Shown here: positions 9,433 through 19,823 of the stretch, piece by piece
Layout: each line of letters begins with the position of its first letter
Numbering within the stretch: position 1 is the first letter of the stretch
Translations under genes and position numbers: made by a program
NCBI GenBank assembly: GCA_036265815.1
Contig: DATAOI010000113.1
Location: 16,300 to 80,299 of the forward strand
Source: Gemmatimonadales bacterium
GTDB lineage: Bacteria > Gemmatimonadota > Gemmatimonadetes > Gemmatimonadales > GWC2-71-9
Length of the DNA stretch: 64,000 nt
Direction: 5' to 3'
The notes under the pieces: model-generated
What the model saw: only the letters and a program-made list of their open reading frames with translations
The model's database searches: none
Told to the model about the DNA's origin: nothing

Positions 9433-10584
9433 ATGACCGCCGCTCCGGCGAGCCGCACGACTCACCAGGATACGATCTGGACGCCCAGCACGCCCCTGCG
9501 CCACATGCCGCAGTTGGATGGGCTTCGAGCGCTCGCGGCTGGAATGGTAGTTTGCTACCATTTCTGGCGCCCTGCCCGCCAGTACGTCCACCTCGGCGGA
9601 ATCGGCGTGCGGGTGTTCTTCGTTCTCAGCGGCTTTCTCATCACCGGAATACTCCTGCGGTCCCGCCTGGGGCTGGATGCCGGACGGACACCGGCCGGGG
9701 TCGCACTGCGGCACTTCTACATTCGCCGAGTGCTGCGGATCTTCCCGCTGTACTATCTCGCGCTGGTGATCGCATGGTTCGGGAAGGTGTCGGGCGCACG
9801 GGAGGGAATGCTCTGGCACGCAGGGTACCTGTCCAACGTACACTTCTTCCTGGTCAACGCGGTCCACCACGGCGCCTGGGGCGGCCACGTGGGCCATTTC
9901 TGGTCGCTCGCGGTCGAAGAACAGTTTTATCTCGTGTGGCCGTGGGTCATTCTCTTTGCCCGCCGCCGCTGGCTCCCGGGGATTGCCCTGAGCCTGGTCG
10001 CGCTTGGGCCGATCTTCCGGTTCGTCGTCTTCACCCTCACCGGGAACGATATCACGCCGGTCCTGCCCTTGGGATGCATCGACTCCCTGGCGCTGGGGGC
10101 GTACCTGGCCATGACGGTGCTTCCCGAGTTCGAGTCGCACCCCCTCATCCGGCCCATCGGGGCGTCCGCGCTCTGGAGCGGGTTGCTGCTGTTCGCCATC
10201 CATCAGGCGGCGGTAGCGAGCAATGGTTTCTGGCGGCTTCGCATCGTGGTGTTCGATCTCGCGGTGGCGCTGGTGGGCGTGTGGCTGGTGGCGCGTGCCT
10301 CGCGCGGCATGGGCGGGCCGGCTGGCCGATTCCTGCAGCTCGCCCCGGTGCGCTATCTGGGGACGATCAGTTACGGCATCTACGTCTACCACGCGATGCT
10401 GCCCGAGCTGCTGCCGAAGTTAGCCCGCCGTCTGGGGTACCCCGATCTGCTCGCTCCGCTCGGGGATCAGACGTTGCCCTTTCTGTTCTTCTACGCGGCC
10501 GCATCCATTGCGGTGGCCGCGGTCTCCTGGCACGCCTTCGAGGGACCGCTCAATCGCCTGAAGGCTCGGTTTGAGTACCGTTAG
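9433..10584 (+). CDS. Acyltransferase family 3 (OafA/OatA-like O-acyltransferase)
   Basis: LDGLRALAAGMVVCYHFW at the N-terminus and about 10 hydrophobic helices. ATG at 9433 verified. Confidence 0.85.
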   Translation: MTAAPASRTTHQDTIWTPSTPLRHMPQLDGLRALAAGMVVCYHFWRPARQYVHLGGIGVRVFFVLSGFLITGILLRSRLGLDAGRTPAGVALRHFYIRRVLRIFPLYYLALVIAWFGKVSGAREGMLWHAGYLSNVHFFLVNAVHHGAWGGHVGHFWSLAVEEQFYLVWPWVILFARRRWLPGIALSLVALGPIFRFVVFTLTGNDITPVLPLGCIDSLALGAYLAMTVLPEFESHPLIRPIGASALWSGLLLFAIHQAAVASNGFWRLRIVVFDLAVALVGVWLVARASRGMGGPAGRFLQLAPVRYLGTISYGIYVYHAMLPELLPKLARRLGYPDLLAPLGDQTLPFLFFYAAASIAVAAVSWHAFEGPLNRLKARFEYR

Positions 10585-10596
10585 CCTCGCCTGGCG

Positions 10597-11775
10597 ATGA
10601 GTAAGGTCCTGCTCATCGCACCGGTCCCCACCCACCCCAGCACCACCGGCGCCAGCGCGCGGGTGCGCCACATGGCGGACGGGTTGCTGTCCCTGGGACA
10701 TGAGGTGCATTTCCTCTATCTCCAACAGTCGCTCCGGGCCGCCGACACACCCATGCGGCAGTACTGGAAGGAGCGATTGCATCCCTTCCGCAGCCTCTCC
10801 CCGGCGAGCTTCCTCGGGCGCGGCCGGCGGAAGCTGGTCCGGCTGGTCGGTAAGGCATTCCACCTGAACCTCCCGGTGGACAGCTACTTCGATCCCGAGG
10901 CGGCCGGCTACCTGGGGACACTGCTCGCCCGCGGGTTCGAGGTAGCGATTCTGTCTTACGTTTTCTACTCCAAGCTGTTCGAGTTCGCGCCAGACTCGGT
11001 ACGCAAGCTCCTCGACACCCACGACGTCTTCTCCGACCGCTACCGCCTGTATCGCGCGCACGGTCAGGCAAATGAATTCTTCTCGACCGGGAAGGCGGAG
11101 GAAGCGAAGGCGCTCGATCGAGCCGACGCCGTGCTGGCGATTCAGGAGTGGGACGCGAGCCATTTCCGATCGCTCACCACCCGGACGGTTACCGTGGTCG
11201 GGCATCTGGCTCCGGTGGTTGAGGCGGCCCCGGTGGCGGCGGGGGACTGCGCCCGCGCCATGCTGTTCGTCGGCGGCCCGATGGGCATCAACGTGCACGG
11301 GGTGACCTGGTTCATCGATCGGGTCCTGCCGGCCGTTCGTCGCCGCGTTCCAGAGGCCGAGCTCTGGCTGGTCGGCGGCATCGGGAAGCGTATTCGCAGC
11401 GACTCGCCCGGCGTGCGCCGTTTCGGGTTCGTCGACTCGCTCGGGGACCTTTACCGGCAGGCCGCCGTCGTCATCAATCCACAGCAGTTCGGCACCGGGC
11501 TCAGCATCAAGTCCGTGGATGCCCTGCAACATGGTAGGCCGCTGGTGACGACGGTGTCCGGCGCCCGAGGGCTGGAGGAGGGCGCTGAGTCGTGTTTCCG
11601 GCAGGCCGGATCGGCCGAGGAGTTCAGTGAGCTGCTGATCGAGCTGCTGCGAGATCCGGAGCAGGCCGCCGCGCTCGGCCGGCGGGCCACGGATTTCGCC
11701 CGGCGCTATTATCAGCGAAACCTGCAGGCCTTGGCGGACGTGGTAGCGGCCTCCCCCCGAAGCCCGACGCAATGA
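10597..11775 (+). CDS. Family 4 (GT-B) glycosyltransferase
   Basis: [21 protein letters not shown] at the N-terminus and [21 protein letters not shown] in the C-terminal half. Confidence 0.8.
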   Translation: MSKVLLIAPVPTHPSTTGASARVRHMADGLLSLGHEVHFLYLQQSLRAADTPMRQYWKERLHPFRSLSPASFLGRGRRKLVRLVGKAFHLNLPVDSYFDPEAAGYLGTLLARGFEVAILSYVFYSKLFEFAPDSVRKLLDTHDVFSDRYRLYRAHGQANEFFSTGKAEEAKALDRADAVLAIQEWDASHFRSLTTRTVTVVGHLAPVVEAAPVAAGDCARAMLFVGGPMGINVHGVTWFIDRVLPAVRRRVPEAELWLVGGIGKRIRSDSPGVRRFGFVDSLGDLYRQAAVVINPQQFGTGLSIKSVDALQHGRPLVTTVSGARGLEEGAESCFRQAGSAEEFSELLIELLRDPEQAAALGRRATDFARRYYQRNLQALADVVAASPRSPTQ

Positions 11776-12884
11776 GCCGTCTCGTCGTTCACTACGTCGA
11801 CGGCGACTTCTTCGGAGGCAGCGAGGAGGCGGCGCTGCACCTCATGGCGTCCTTGGACCGGGAACGCTGGGAGCCGGTGCTGATGCATCATCCCGAGGCT
11901 GGGGTCGCCCGCCTAGTGGACGGCGCGGCGCGGCTGGGGATCCGCACGCTCGCGGTGCCGCGGGTCGACCCACGGCACCGAGTGGCCGGGACGATCCGGC
12001 TCCGGCGCGCGCTCCGCGCCGAGCGCCCGGCCGTCTTTCACGCGCACTTGAGCTGGCCGTTCGCCTGCAAGCACGGTGTGCTCGCCGCCTGGCTGGCTCG
12101 AGTGCCGGCCATCGTGGGAACCGCCCAGCTCTACATGACGCCGGACAGCACGCGCCAGCCGCATCTGCTCCTGAAGCTGTTTCGACGCATCATCGCCGTC
12201 TCGGACGAAGTGAAGGCCCGATATGCTCGGGAGCTGGGCGTGCCGCCGGAGAAGCTCGCGGTGGTCCGGAACGCGATCCGGGTGCCGCCGCCGCGCCACT
12301 CGGGCAATCCTGTGCTCCGCGCGGCGCTGGTCCGAGGCGGGCCGGATTACGTCGTCTTGACACCGGCGCGACTTCATCCGCAGAAGGGCCATGCATATCT
12401 CCTGGCGGCAGCGGCGCAGGTTGCCGACGCGACCTTCGTGTTCGCCGGCGACGGTCCGCTGCGGCAGGAGCTAGAGGCGGAGGCGCGCACGCTGGGTATT
12501 TCCGATCGCTGCCTCTTCCTGGGCCATCGCTCCGATGTGCCCGATCTCCTCGCGGCCGCCGACCTCTTCGTGCTCCCCTCGCTCTATGAAGGCTTGCCCA
12601 TCTCGGCGTTGGAGGCGATGGCGGCGGAGCGACCGATCGTGGCCACGGCGATCGGCGGCACCGACGAGGCCATCACGTCGGAGCAGACAGGGCTGCTGGT
12701 CCCCCCACGCGATCCCGCTGCCCTCGCGACGGCTATTCGCCGGCTGCGCGGCGACCCTGTGCTCGCGCGGCGGCTCGCCGCGGCGGGGCGGGCTCGGGTT
12801 GAGCGCGAATTCTCCTCCCAAATGACCGCGCGCCAGGTCATGCGAATCTATGACGAGGTGCTGGCCGGGGCCGGGCGACAGTGA
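11772..12884 (+). CDS. Family 4 (GT-B) glycosyltransferase
   Basis: [29 protein letters not shown] (EX7E motif). ATGA overlap with the upstream gene. Confidence 0.85.
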   Translation: MSRLVVHYVDGDFFGGSEEAALHLMASLDRERWEPVLMHHPEAGVARLVDGAARLGIRTLAVPRVDPRHRVAGTIRLRRALRAERPAVFHAHLSWPFACKHGVLAAWLARVPAIVGTAQLYMTPDSTRQPHLLLKLFRRIIAVSDEVKARYARELGVPPEKLAVVRNAIRVPPPRHSGNPVLRAALVRGGPDYVVLTPARLHPQKGHAYLLAAAAQVADATFVFAGDGPLRQELEAEARTLGISDRCLFLGHRSDVPDLLAAADLFVLPSLYEGLPISALEAMAAERPIVATAIGGTDEAITSEQTGLLVPPRDPAALATAIRRLRGDPVLARRLAAAGRARVEREFSSQMTARQVMRIYDEVLAGAGRQ

Positions 12885-14485
12885 TGCCCGTCCCGGCTGA
12901 GACGCCCGAGCAGGAGCGAAACGCGCGGCTCCGCCGGGCGGACTGGCGATTCCTCCTGCCCTCGCCGCGTCCTCACCGGGCGCTATGCCGCGCGCGGGGT
13001 GCGTTGGCCGCCGCCGTGGCGAGTATCGCGGATGAGGTAGTCTCGGAAGGGCAGCCCCGGGATTGCGATCTCGCAGTAGCCGAGGACCCCGATGCCAGAA
13101 CTCTGGCCGAGCTACGCGAAGCGCTCCGGCCTGGCGGCTCGTGTTATACGGAATGGCATTCGCGGCTGGGCGGTACGGACCGGATCGCAGGCGCGCTCCG
13201 CGCCGCGGGGTTCGAAGAGGTGGCGTGCTACCGGCAGTGGCCGGCCTCCTCCGTGCTGCCGGTCTACTGGATGCCGGTCGGGGCGCGTGGCCCCGCCGCC
13301 TATGTACGCTCCAGGCGGCGCCTGCGCGGCGGGCGGGTGCGGCGGCTCATCGCGGAGGCCCGCCAGCGAGCCCACGACCTCCTCCGCGGTCGGTTTGGAA
13401 GTCCCGTCTGTGCGATCGCGCGATGCCCGGGGCCTCCCTGCTCGGGAGGGCACGGCCCCGCGGCGTGGCTCCGGGATGGCTGGCCGGAATGGGGCCTCGG
13501 CTCCGCGCCCGACCGGTTGTCGACTCTGCTGGTGACCGGTGGACCGCGGAGCGTCAGCAAGGTGGTCCTGCTGGCATTCGCCGAGCCGAGCCCGGTCCCG
13601 CTGGTCGCGGTGAAGGCGCCTAGGGTGGACGAGGCCGCGGCCGGCGTCCTCCAGGAGGGCGCCGCGTTGGCGAGTCTGGCCGCTGGCCGGCCCGTGCCCG
13701 GGGTGCCCCGAGTCCTCTTCCGCCGGGAGGTCGACGGCGTGCCCCTGGTTGGGGAGACCGCGCTGGCCGGCCGGCCGCTCGAGAGCCTGCTCTCACCCCG
13801 GAGCTTCGGCGGCTGGTCGATGAAGGTCACCGATTGGCTCGGCGCGCTCGCCGCCGGCCGGCCTGCGCGGTCACCGGGCGAGTGGCGTGAGGCGATCGTC
13901 GAGCCGGTGCTGTCCCGGTTCGTGGAAAATTTCGAAGGGGTGGTGGACCGGGGACTCCTGCGGGAGGGAGCGACCATCGTGCGCGGCATCGGGGCGCTCC
14001 CCGTGGTTCCGGAGCAGCGCGACTTCGGGCCGTGGAACGTGCTCGTCACTCCGGGTGGCGAGATCGCGGTGCTGGACTGGGAGTCGGCCGACGTGGAGGG
14101 ATTGCCGGCGCTGGATCTGCTCTATTACCTGGCGTACGCATCGTTCAGCGTCGACCGCGCGCGGAACCGCGAGAGCCGGCTGGCTTCGTTTGATCGGTCT
14201 CTCGATCCCTCGACGCAGACCGGCGCGGTCCGCCGTGACTCCCTCGCGCGATACTTCGAGGCCACCGGTTTCGACCCCGCGCAGCTTGCGCCGCTCCGCG
14301 CGCTGGTATGGCTGATCCACGCACAGTCGGATGTTCGCCACGCGGCGGCCGACGCCGGCGGGACACCACCCGCCGCCCTCCTCGCCCGGAGCCTGTTCCT
14401 CGCTCTCTGGACCGCGGAGGTGCGCCAGATCTCACGCGGCGGTCCCGATCTCAGTCGGAGTCCAGCAGCTCCAGCCGGCAGGTGA
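12881..14485 (+). CDS. Kinase-like protein: APH/choline-kinase fold C-terminal domain with a degenerate methyltransferase-like N-terminal region
   Basis: [37 protein letters not shown] (Brenner-type D-x4-N plus a DWE metal site). The N-terminus has [28 protein letters not shown] but no GxGxG. Start is GTG 12881 or ATG 12884, overlapping the upstream stop. Confidence 0.6.
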   Translation: MMPVPAETPEQERNARLRRADWRFLLPSPRPHRALCRARGALAAAVASIADEVVSEGQPRDCDLAVAEDPDARTLAELREALRPGGSCYTEWHSRLGGTDRIAGALRAAGFEEVACYRQWPASSVLPVYWMPVGARGPAAYVRSRRRLRGGRVRRLIAEARQRAHDLLRGRFGSPVCAIARCPGPPCSGGHGPAAWLRDGWPEWGLGSAPDRLSTLLVTGGPRSVSKVVLLAFAEPSPVPLVAVKAPRVDEAAAGVLQEGAALASLAAGRPVPGVPRVLFRREVDGVPLVGETALAGRPLESLLSPRSFGGWSMKVTDWLGALAAGRPARSPGEWREAIVEPVLSRFVENFEGVVDRGLLREGATIVRGIGALPVVPEQRDFGPWNVLVTPGGEIAVLDWESADVEGLPALDLLYYLAYASFSVDRARNRESRLASFDRSLDPSTQTGAVRRDSLARYFEATGFDPAQLAPLRALVWLIHAQSDVRHAAADAGGTPPAALLARSLFLALWTAEVRQISRGGPDLSRSPAAPAGR

Positions 14486-15713
14486 CCAGCCCGTCGTCGC
14501 TCGGCGTGCGCCCCAGGCCAGGCGATTGCTGGGCCACCACCTCGAGATCGAACCCCGGTCGCACGTGGTCGTGAATGACGCCGAGCGGCCCCGCCAGCCA
14601 GAATCCCATCCCGTACACCCCGGGGTTGAGATGCAGCTCCGGAATCCGGAGTGCCAGCCGGTGCTCGCCTGGCTCCAGCCGAAAGGTGTGTCCCAGCGTG
14701 ATCGTGTCGGCGTTGACGAGCTTCGTCCCATGCACCTCGGAGAGTGTCACGGCCAGGCTCGCGATGGTGCACGGGGCCACGGTCTCAATGGCCAGACCGA
14801 TCGTGAGCGGCCCATCCGGATAGGGCTGGCCGCCCGCGGCCTCGAGGTCACTCCGATAGCGCGCCCGGACCACCCGCGCCACGCCGCTCCCCCGGCGCTC
14901 CACCCCGGACAGGTCGATCCAGGCGCCTGCGGAGGACGGGGCATCGGCCCGCGCGAGATACTGCGCCACGATGTCCGCCGTCGGGCCCATGGCGACAGCG
15001 CGTCCCCGCTCCAGTAGGACGGCCCGGTCGCAGAGTCGCTGCACCGCGTCCATATTGTGGCTCACGAAGAGGACCGTCCGACCGTCGCCCCGCGAGACGT
15101 CCTGCATTCTCCCGAGGCATTTCTTCTGGAACTCGGCGTCGCCCACCGCGAGCACCTCGTCCACGATCAGCACCTCGGGCTCGAGATGGGCGGCCACGGC
15201 GAAGGCGAGCCGCACCTGCATGCCGCTGGAGTAGCGTTTCACGGGGGTGTCGAGGAACGGCCCGATGTCGGCAAACGCCACGATCTGCTCGAATTTCCGC
15301 TCGATCTCCGCCTTCCGCATGCCCAGAATGGCGCCGCTCATGTAGACGTTCTCGCGCCCGGTGAGCTCGGAGTGGAAGCCGGTGCCCGCCTCGAGGAGCG
15401 ACCCGACCCGCCCCTCGATCTTGGCCCAGCCCTCGGTCGGCGCGACGATGCGCGAGAGGATCTTGAGCAGCGTGCTCTTGCCCGCGCCGTTCCCGCCGAT
15501 GATGGCCATGACCTCGCCGCGCTGGACCTCGAGCGAGACGTCGCGCAGGGCCCACACGGTACGGCCCTTCGGCCCCGCACCTGACATCGCGCCGCGGCGG
15601 AATGGCGCGCGTGCCAGGTCCGCCAAGTCCTCCCGCAGCGTCCGCGATCCCCGCACGGTCCCGATGTGGTACTCCTTGCCCAGGCCCTCGACCCGGATCG
15701 CCGCGCGGCACAC
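14451..15713 (-). CDS. wzt: Polysaccharide ABC exporter ATP-binding protein with C-terminal extension (Wzt/TagH-like)
   Basis: GGNGAGKST, YSSGMQVRL and LIVDEVL motifs. About 170 extra C-terminal residues are predicted beta-rich, as in Wzt_C carbohydrate-binding domains. Start trimmed to GTG 15713 (VCRAAIRVEGLGKEY). Confidence 0.8.
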   Translation of the reverse strand: MCRAAIRVEGLGKEYHIGTVRGSRTLREDLADLARAPFRRGAMSGAGPKGRTVWALRDVSLEVQRGEVMAIIGGNGAGKSTLLKILSRIVAPTEGWAKIEGRVGSLLEAGTGFHSELTGRENVYMSGAILGMRKAEIERKFEQIVAFADIGPFLDTPVKRYSSGMQVRLAFAVAAHLEPEVLIVDEVLAVGDAEFQKKCLGRMQDVSRGDGRTVLFVSHNMDAVQRLCDRAVLLERGRAVAMGPTADIVAQYLARADAPSSAGAWIDLSGVERRGSGVARVVRARYRSDLEAAGGQPYPDGPLTIGLAIETVAPCTIASLAVTLSEVHGTKLVNADTITLGHTFRLEPGEHRLALRIPELHLNPGVYGMGFWLAGPLGVIHDHVRPGFDLEVVAQQSPGLGRTPSDDGLVTCRLELLDSD

Positions 15714-15741
15714 GGCTACACCAGCTCGCTGGCGCCGGCCA

Positions 15742-16584
15742 TCAGACCACGTCCGCGAACGAGCGTTCCATTCGCCGGAAGAAGTAGAGCCCGCCCAAGA
15801 ACAGGACGACCACGGCCGCGACCGAGGCCGCAAACCCGGTGCCAAGCCCGGGTGCCGCGGGTGCGATCATCCAGCGGAAGCCGTCCACCACGCCCGCCAT
15901 GGGATTGAGCCCATAGAGCGGTCGCCAGCGCTCGGGGACCAGGCTGCTGGAGTAGGCCACCGGCGTGGCGAAGAGCCAGATCTGCACCAGGAAGGGGATC
16001 GCGTAGCGGACGTCGCGGTAGCGCACGTTGAGCGCGGCGAGCCAGATGCCGGGGGCGATCGCGCTGGCCACCGCGAGTAGCACGAACCCGGGCGCCGCGA
16101 GCAGCCGAATGGAAAGTGGGATGCCGTACCAGGTCAGGACGAGAAGCAGGAGGAGGAACGCGATCGCCAGGTCGGCCAGCCCGGCGATCACCGCCGCGAG
16201 CGGGAGCAGCAGCCGGGGGAAGTACACCTTGGTCAGCAGCTGCTGCTGATCCACCAGGCTGTTGCCGGCCTGGGTGAGGGCGTTGGCGAAATAGGTCCAG
16301 GGAACCAGCGCCAACAGCGCGAACAGCGGATAGGGCAGACCGTCCGAGCCCAGCCGGGCGAGCCGGCCGAAGATCACGGCGAACACCACCATGGTGAGGA
16401 GCGGCTGCAGCAGCGCCCATGCCGCACCGAGCGCCGTCTGCTTGTAGCGCAGCTTGAGGTTGCGGAGCACCAGGAAGTAGAGCAGCTCGTGCGCGGCGAG
16501 AAATTCCTCGATCTCGAGCGGTGCCCAACCCTTCGGCGGACGGATGGTGATGACGGGCGCCGCAGCTGGAGGGGGCATGCCCAT
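15742..16584 (-). CDS. wzm: ABC-2 type polysaccharide exporter permease (Wzm-like)
   Basis: YFLVLRNLKLRYKQTALGAAWALLQPLL, the characteristic ABC-2 N-terminal motif, plus 6 TM helices. Confidence 0.85.
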   Translation of the reverse strand: MGMPPPAAAPVITIRPPKGWAPLEIEEFLAAHELLYFLVLRNLKLRYKQTALGAAWALLQPLLTMVVFAVIFGRLARLGSDGLPYPLFALLALVPWTYFANALTQAGNSLVDQQQLLTKVYFPRLLLPLAAVIAGLADLAIAFLLLLLVLTWYGIPLSIRLLAAPGFVLLAVASAIAPGIWLAALNVRYRDVRYAIPFLVQIWLFATPVAYSSSLVPERWRPLYGLNPMAGVVDGFRWMIAPAAPGLGTGFAASVAAVVVLFLGGLYFFRRMERSFADVV

Positions 16585-16621
16585 AAGCTAGTACGCCGCC
16601 GAGGTCATTCCCAGCGACATG

Positions 16622-18316
16622 CTAGGGCGCGACATGCGACGCCGCCGGGTGCGGATTCGGCGCGAAGAAGCTGTCTCCCTCCAGGGGAGCGAAGTACAAC
16701 ACCTGCGCCCTGGACGAATGGAACTGGTCGCGCCGAAGCAGGTGGGCATGTGTCCGCAACCACCCATCCAGCTCGGTGGACGCGCCGGAATCGTGGATCC
16801 TGGCCAAGGCCACCCGGCGCCGCCCGCGCAGGAGGCGCTCCAGATCGCCCGGCACCTGGCGGCCTCCGAGCTGGGCCACCCATGAGATCAGCGGAACATC
16901 CCGCCGGAGATACCGAGCCACGCCGACGATTCCCGAAGGGATCGAGGCCACCAGGACGAGGTCACCGGGCCGGGCCCAGGAATCGAGACGAGCACCCAGC
17001 TCGGGGTACGGCTCCCAAGGCCGGGGAGCTCGCGCGTTGACGGCCTGACCGCCGGGAAGCCAGAGGAGGAGCATCGCCGCGAGAAACAGCACGGAAGACC
17101 TCGGCGGGAGTTGGCCGATGGCGAGTGCGGCCAGCAGCATCGCGGCTGGAAGGGCGGCCAAGACATATCGGGGAACCTCGGTGGTGGTGGTGTGCCGGAG
17201 CAGGTCGAATACGAGCGGGCCCGCGCAAGCCGCGGCCATCCAACCCCAGAGGAGGAGAGACCGCGCGGAGAACATGCGCCGGAGCAGGCCGTGGCCGGCC
17301 ATCCAGATTCCCAGCCCCACGAACAGGCCGGTCGCCAATCGATCACTCCAGCGCCAGCCGCCCATATAGCTCCTGCCGGAGAGAAGGCTTCCGGCCAGCA
17401 CGAACGGCTGCCGCAGAGCGCCAGGCCAGTGCAGGTCGCCGTTGAGCCACCCGCCGGTGATTCGCCACCGCGCGAGACTGCCCGGAACCTGGAGATACCA
17501 GGGGAGGACGAGCAGCAGCGTGACCCCGGCAAGCATGACGAGCCGCCAGCGCGACGCCGGGCTGCCCCGGAGCCACAGCCACGCACTGCAGGCGAGCCAG
17601 ACGAAGGCGAAGAAGTAATGGGTGAGGAGGCCGGCTGCGCCGGCAACCACCCAGAGCGCTGCCTGCCACGGATGGACGTCTTCCGCGGAGAGCCGGAGGG
17701 TCAGCCACCCAAGTCCAAGAGCCAGGCACCAGAGCAGCGAATACATCCGGCCTTCGACGGAGTAGTAGATCGCGACCGGAGAGAAGGAGAATAGCAGGCA
17801 GGCGGTCCAGGCCACGCGGCGCCCACCCAGCTCTCGCCCGAGCAGCCACAGCAAGGCGAGCGAGAGTGCGGCCCACCAGACGGAAAAGAGGCGCAGGGCG
17901 GCATCGCTGGTGCCGAACGCGCGGGTCCATCGATCGAGGAGCAGGTAGTACAACGGGGGGCTGGTGTCGGAGAGCAGGACCGCCCGGACCACCCGCGCCG
18001 CACCGGCCGGATGCGCTTCCTGCTCGGCGTATTTCCGGAACGTCTCCGGCCGCGCTGCCTCGCGGGGCTCGACGAAATCGCCCAGCGTGGAGTCCGCCGC
18101 GGCGGCCGGGTGCTCCAGGCTATGCCCGGTCGCGATGGCCAGCGAAAAAATCTCGTCGGCCCAGAGCCCGGGCTGTGACGCCGCCTGGATCCGGATCGCG
18201 AGCGCCGCGAGAGCGAGCAGCAGGGCCAGGAGCGCCGGCCACGGTGCCCGAGGGGTGGTGATCGTCAGGGTCTGCAGTGGAAGCCCGGGGCGATCAGCCC
18301 CGAGCGTTGCGGGCAT
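16622..18316 (-). CDS. GT-C fold glycosyltransferase (family 39/PMT_2-like)
   Basis: 564-aa polytopic protein. LWADEIFSLAIATGH ... SPPLYYLLLDRWTRAFG resembles the first-loop region of ArnT/PMT-type enzymes. It has a large C-terminal soluble domain. Confidence 0.7.
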   Translation of the reverse strand: MPATLGADRPGLPLQTLTITTPRAPWPALLALLLALAALAIRIQAASQPGLWADEIFSLAIATGHSLEHPAAAADSTLGDFVEPREAARPETFRKYAEQEAHPAGAARVVRAVLLSDTSPPLYYLLLDRWTRAFGTSDAALRLFSVWWAALSLALLWLLGRELGGRRVAWTACLLFSFSPVAIYYSVEGRMYSLLWCLALGLGWLTLRLSAEDVHPWQAALWVVAGAAGLLTHYFFAFVWLACSAWLWLRGSPASRWRLVMLAGVTLLLVLPWYLQVPGSLARWRITGGWLNGDLHWPGALRQPFVLAGSLLSGRSYMGGWRWSDRLATGLFVGLGIWMAGHGLLRRMFSARSLLLWGWMAAACAGPLVFDLLRHTTTTEVPRYVLAALPAAMLLAALAIGQLPPRSSVLFLAAMLLLWLPGGQAVNARAPRPWEPYPELGARLDSWARPGDLVLVASIPSGIVGVARYLRRDVPLISWVAQLGGRQVPGDLERLLRGRRRVALARIHDSGASTELDGWLRTHAHLLRRDQFHSSRAQVLYFAPLEGDSFFAPNPHPAASHVAP

Positions 18317-19598
18317 GCCCGCCTACCTCGTCGTAGATCGCGGCCACCGACTCGACGAACGGTTCCCATCCCAGATGCTCGTCGGCGTAGGCCCGCGCCG
18401 CGCGGCTCAACCGGGCCGCGCGCAGCTCATCCTGCAGCAGCGCCAGGATGCCACCGGCGAGCGCGTCGGTCCGCGGCGGCACCAGCACCGCCCGATCCTC
18501 GGTGAGCACGGTACGGTGGGTGGGGATGTCGGTCGCCACGATGGGTCGGCCAGCGGCCAGATAGTCGAAGATCTTGAGCGGGAGATTGCCGCCATACGCC
18601 CGGGGTGAGACCAGCACGTCGGCCATGGCAAGGTAGGCGGCCATCTCCGCCCGCGGCTGCCGCTCGACGATGCGCAGCGCGCCACTCCGGACCAGCGCCT
18701 CGACATCGTCCTGGGTGGCGAGACCGTTCGCCCGGTCGGCTCCCACCAGCACGAACGTGGCGTTGGGGACCTGGGCCCGCACCAGCGGAATCGCGGCGAT
18801 GAGGTCGGGCAGTCCTTGGTACGCCTCGAAGGTGCCGCTGTACAGGATCACCGGCTGCTCGGCCGGGAGGCCGAGGCGCTCGCGGAGCGCGCCCACGTCG
18901 GTGGGGCGCGCCTCGACTGGCGCACTGGGGAAGTGCCACTCCCGCAGCAGGGCGTTCGGCGCGGCGCGCTGGACCCGGCAGGCCAGTCCCGCGCTGCTGA
19001 CGATCAGGTCCGCTCGATCGATCAGCCAGCGCTCCATCCTCTCCAGGACCCGCCGTATCGGCGCCCACCCGAACACCGCTCTGCCCGCGAGCTGCTCCGG
19101 CAGGCTCGACTGCATGTCGTAGAGCACCGGCACGCCATAGCGTCGGCCGAGGAGCGCGGCAGGAAACGCCATCTCCTCGACAGCGTGAACGCAGCTATAG
19201 GACTGACTCCGGAGGTGGGCCCGAAGTGCCGCCGCCAGCGAGAGGTCCAGCAGCAGCTTCTGCATCGACAGGCCAACCGGAACGCTGCGGATGCCGAACG
19301 GGTTGGCTCCGCGGAAAATGCGGAGCCCGGGAATGGTGACGTCGCTTCCCACCGGATAGGTCAACAGGTCTACCGCGTAGCCCAACTCTCCCAGCGCCAG
19401 CAGGACCTGGCGGACAGCGATCGGGGTGCCTCGGTCCTCGTAGAAAGGCTGGGGTGCGACAAACAAAACGCGGCGGCGGAGGGGTTCCGCGATACTCTTC
19501 TCGGAGCCCCAGGCTGGGGCCTCGCGGCCCCGCTTGGGCACACTCCCAAGCGTTTCTGCCGGGGAGCCCCCCATGGTCACCCAGTTCACCAGGTCCAT
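18294..19598 (-). CDS. Family 4 (GT-B) glycosyltransferase
   Basis: RVLFVAPQPFYEDRGTPIAV and GGNLPLKIFDYLAAGRPIVATDI. The first roughly 40 aa may be a start-site overcall. Confidence 0.8.
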   Translation of the reverse strand: MDLVNWVTMGGSPAETLGSVPKRGREAPAWGSEKSIAEPLRRRVLFVAPQPFYEDRGTPIAVRQVLLALGELGYAVDLLTYPVGSDVTIPGLRIFRGANPFGIRSVPVGLSMQKLLLDLSLAAALRAHLRSQSYSCVHAVEEMAFPAALLGRRYGVPVLYDMQSSLPEQLAGRAVFGWAPIRRVLERMERWLIDRADLIVSSAGLACRVQRAAPNALLREWHFPSAPVEARPTDVGALRERLGLPAEQPVILYSGTFEAYQGLPDLIAAIPLVRAQVPNATFVLVGADRANGLATQDDVEALVRSGALRIVERQPRAEMAAYLAMADVLVSPRAYGGNLPLKIFDYLAAGRPIVATDIPTHRTVLTEDRAVLVPPRTDALAGGILALLQDELRAARLSRAARAYADEHLGWEPFVESVAAIYDEVGGHARNARG

Positions 19599-19785
19599 AG
19601 GTTCATCATAAGCTGTTGAGGCATATGTGAATAGTGCGCAGGCTCACAGCGGCTCCCAGCTACCCGCCCGGGCTCGTGTCGCCAACGCCGGCCAGGCGCA
19701 ACAGGGTTTCGTCTGCTGAAGGGAATATGAAAGCCCGGTGGGTGCAAGTTTCCTGCCCCACATAGGCAGTCTGGAGGGGAGGAAA

Positions 19786-19813
19786 GTGTGGCGCATGTGC
19801 AGCGACACCACAC
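19786..19813 (-). terminator. Candidate intrinsic terminator after nth
   Basis: Minus-strand RNA GUGUGG(UGU)CGC-UGCACAU-GCGCCACAC followed by UUUCCUCCCC, located 11 nt after the nth stop. The stem is 9 bp with a 3-nt bulge. Confidence 0.35.
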
Positions 19814-19823
19814 CCCAGGCCCT

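Noticed and set aside
9340-11772. Minus-strand ORFs 9340-10392 and 10420-11772
   Set aside because: They are antisense to the acyltransferase-3 and GT4 genes and have no motifs. They are shadow ORFs.
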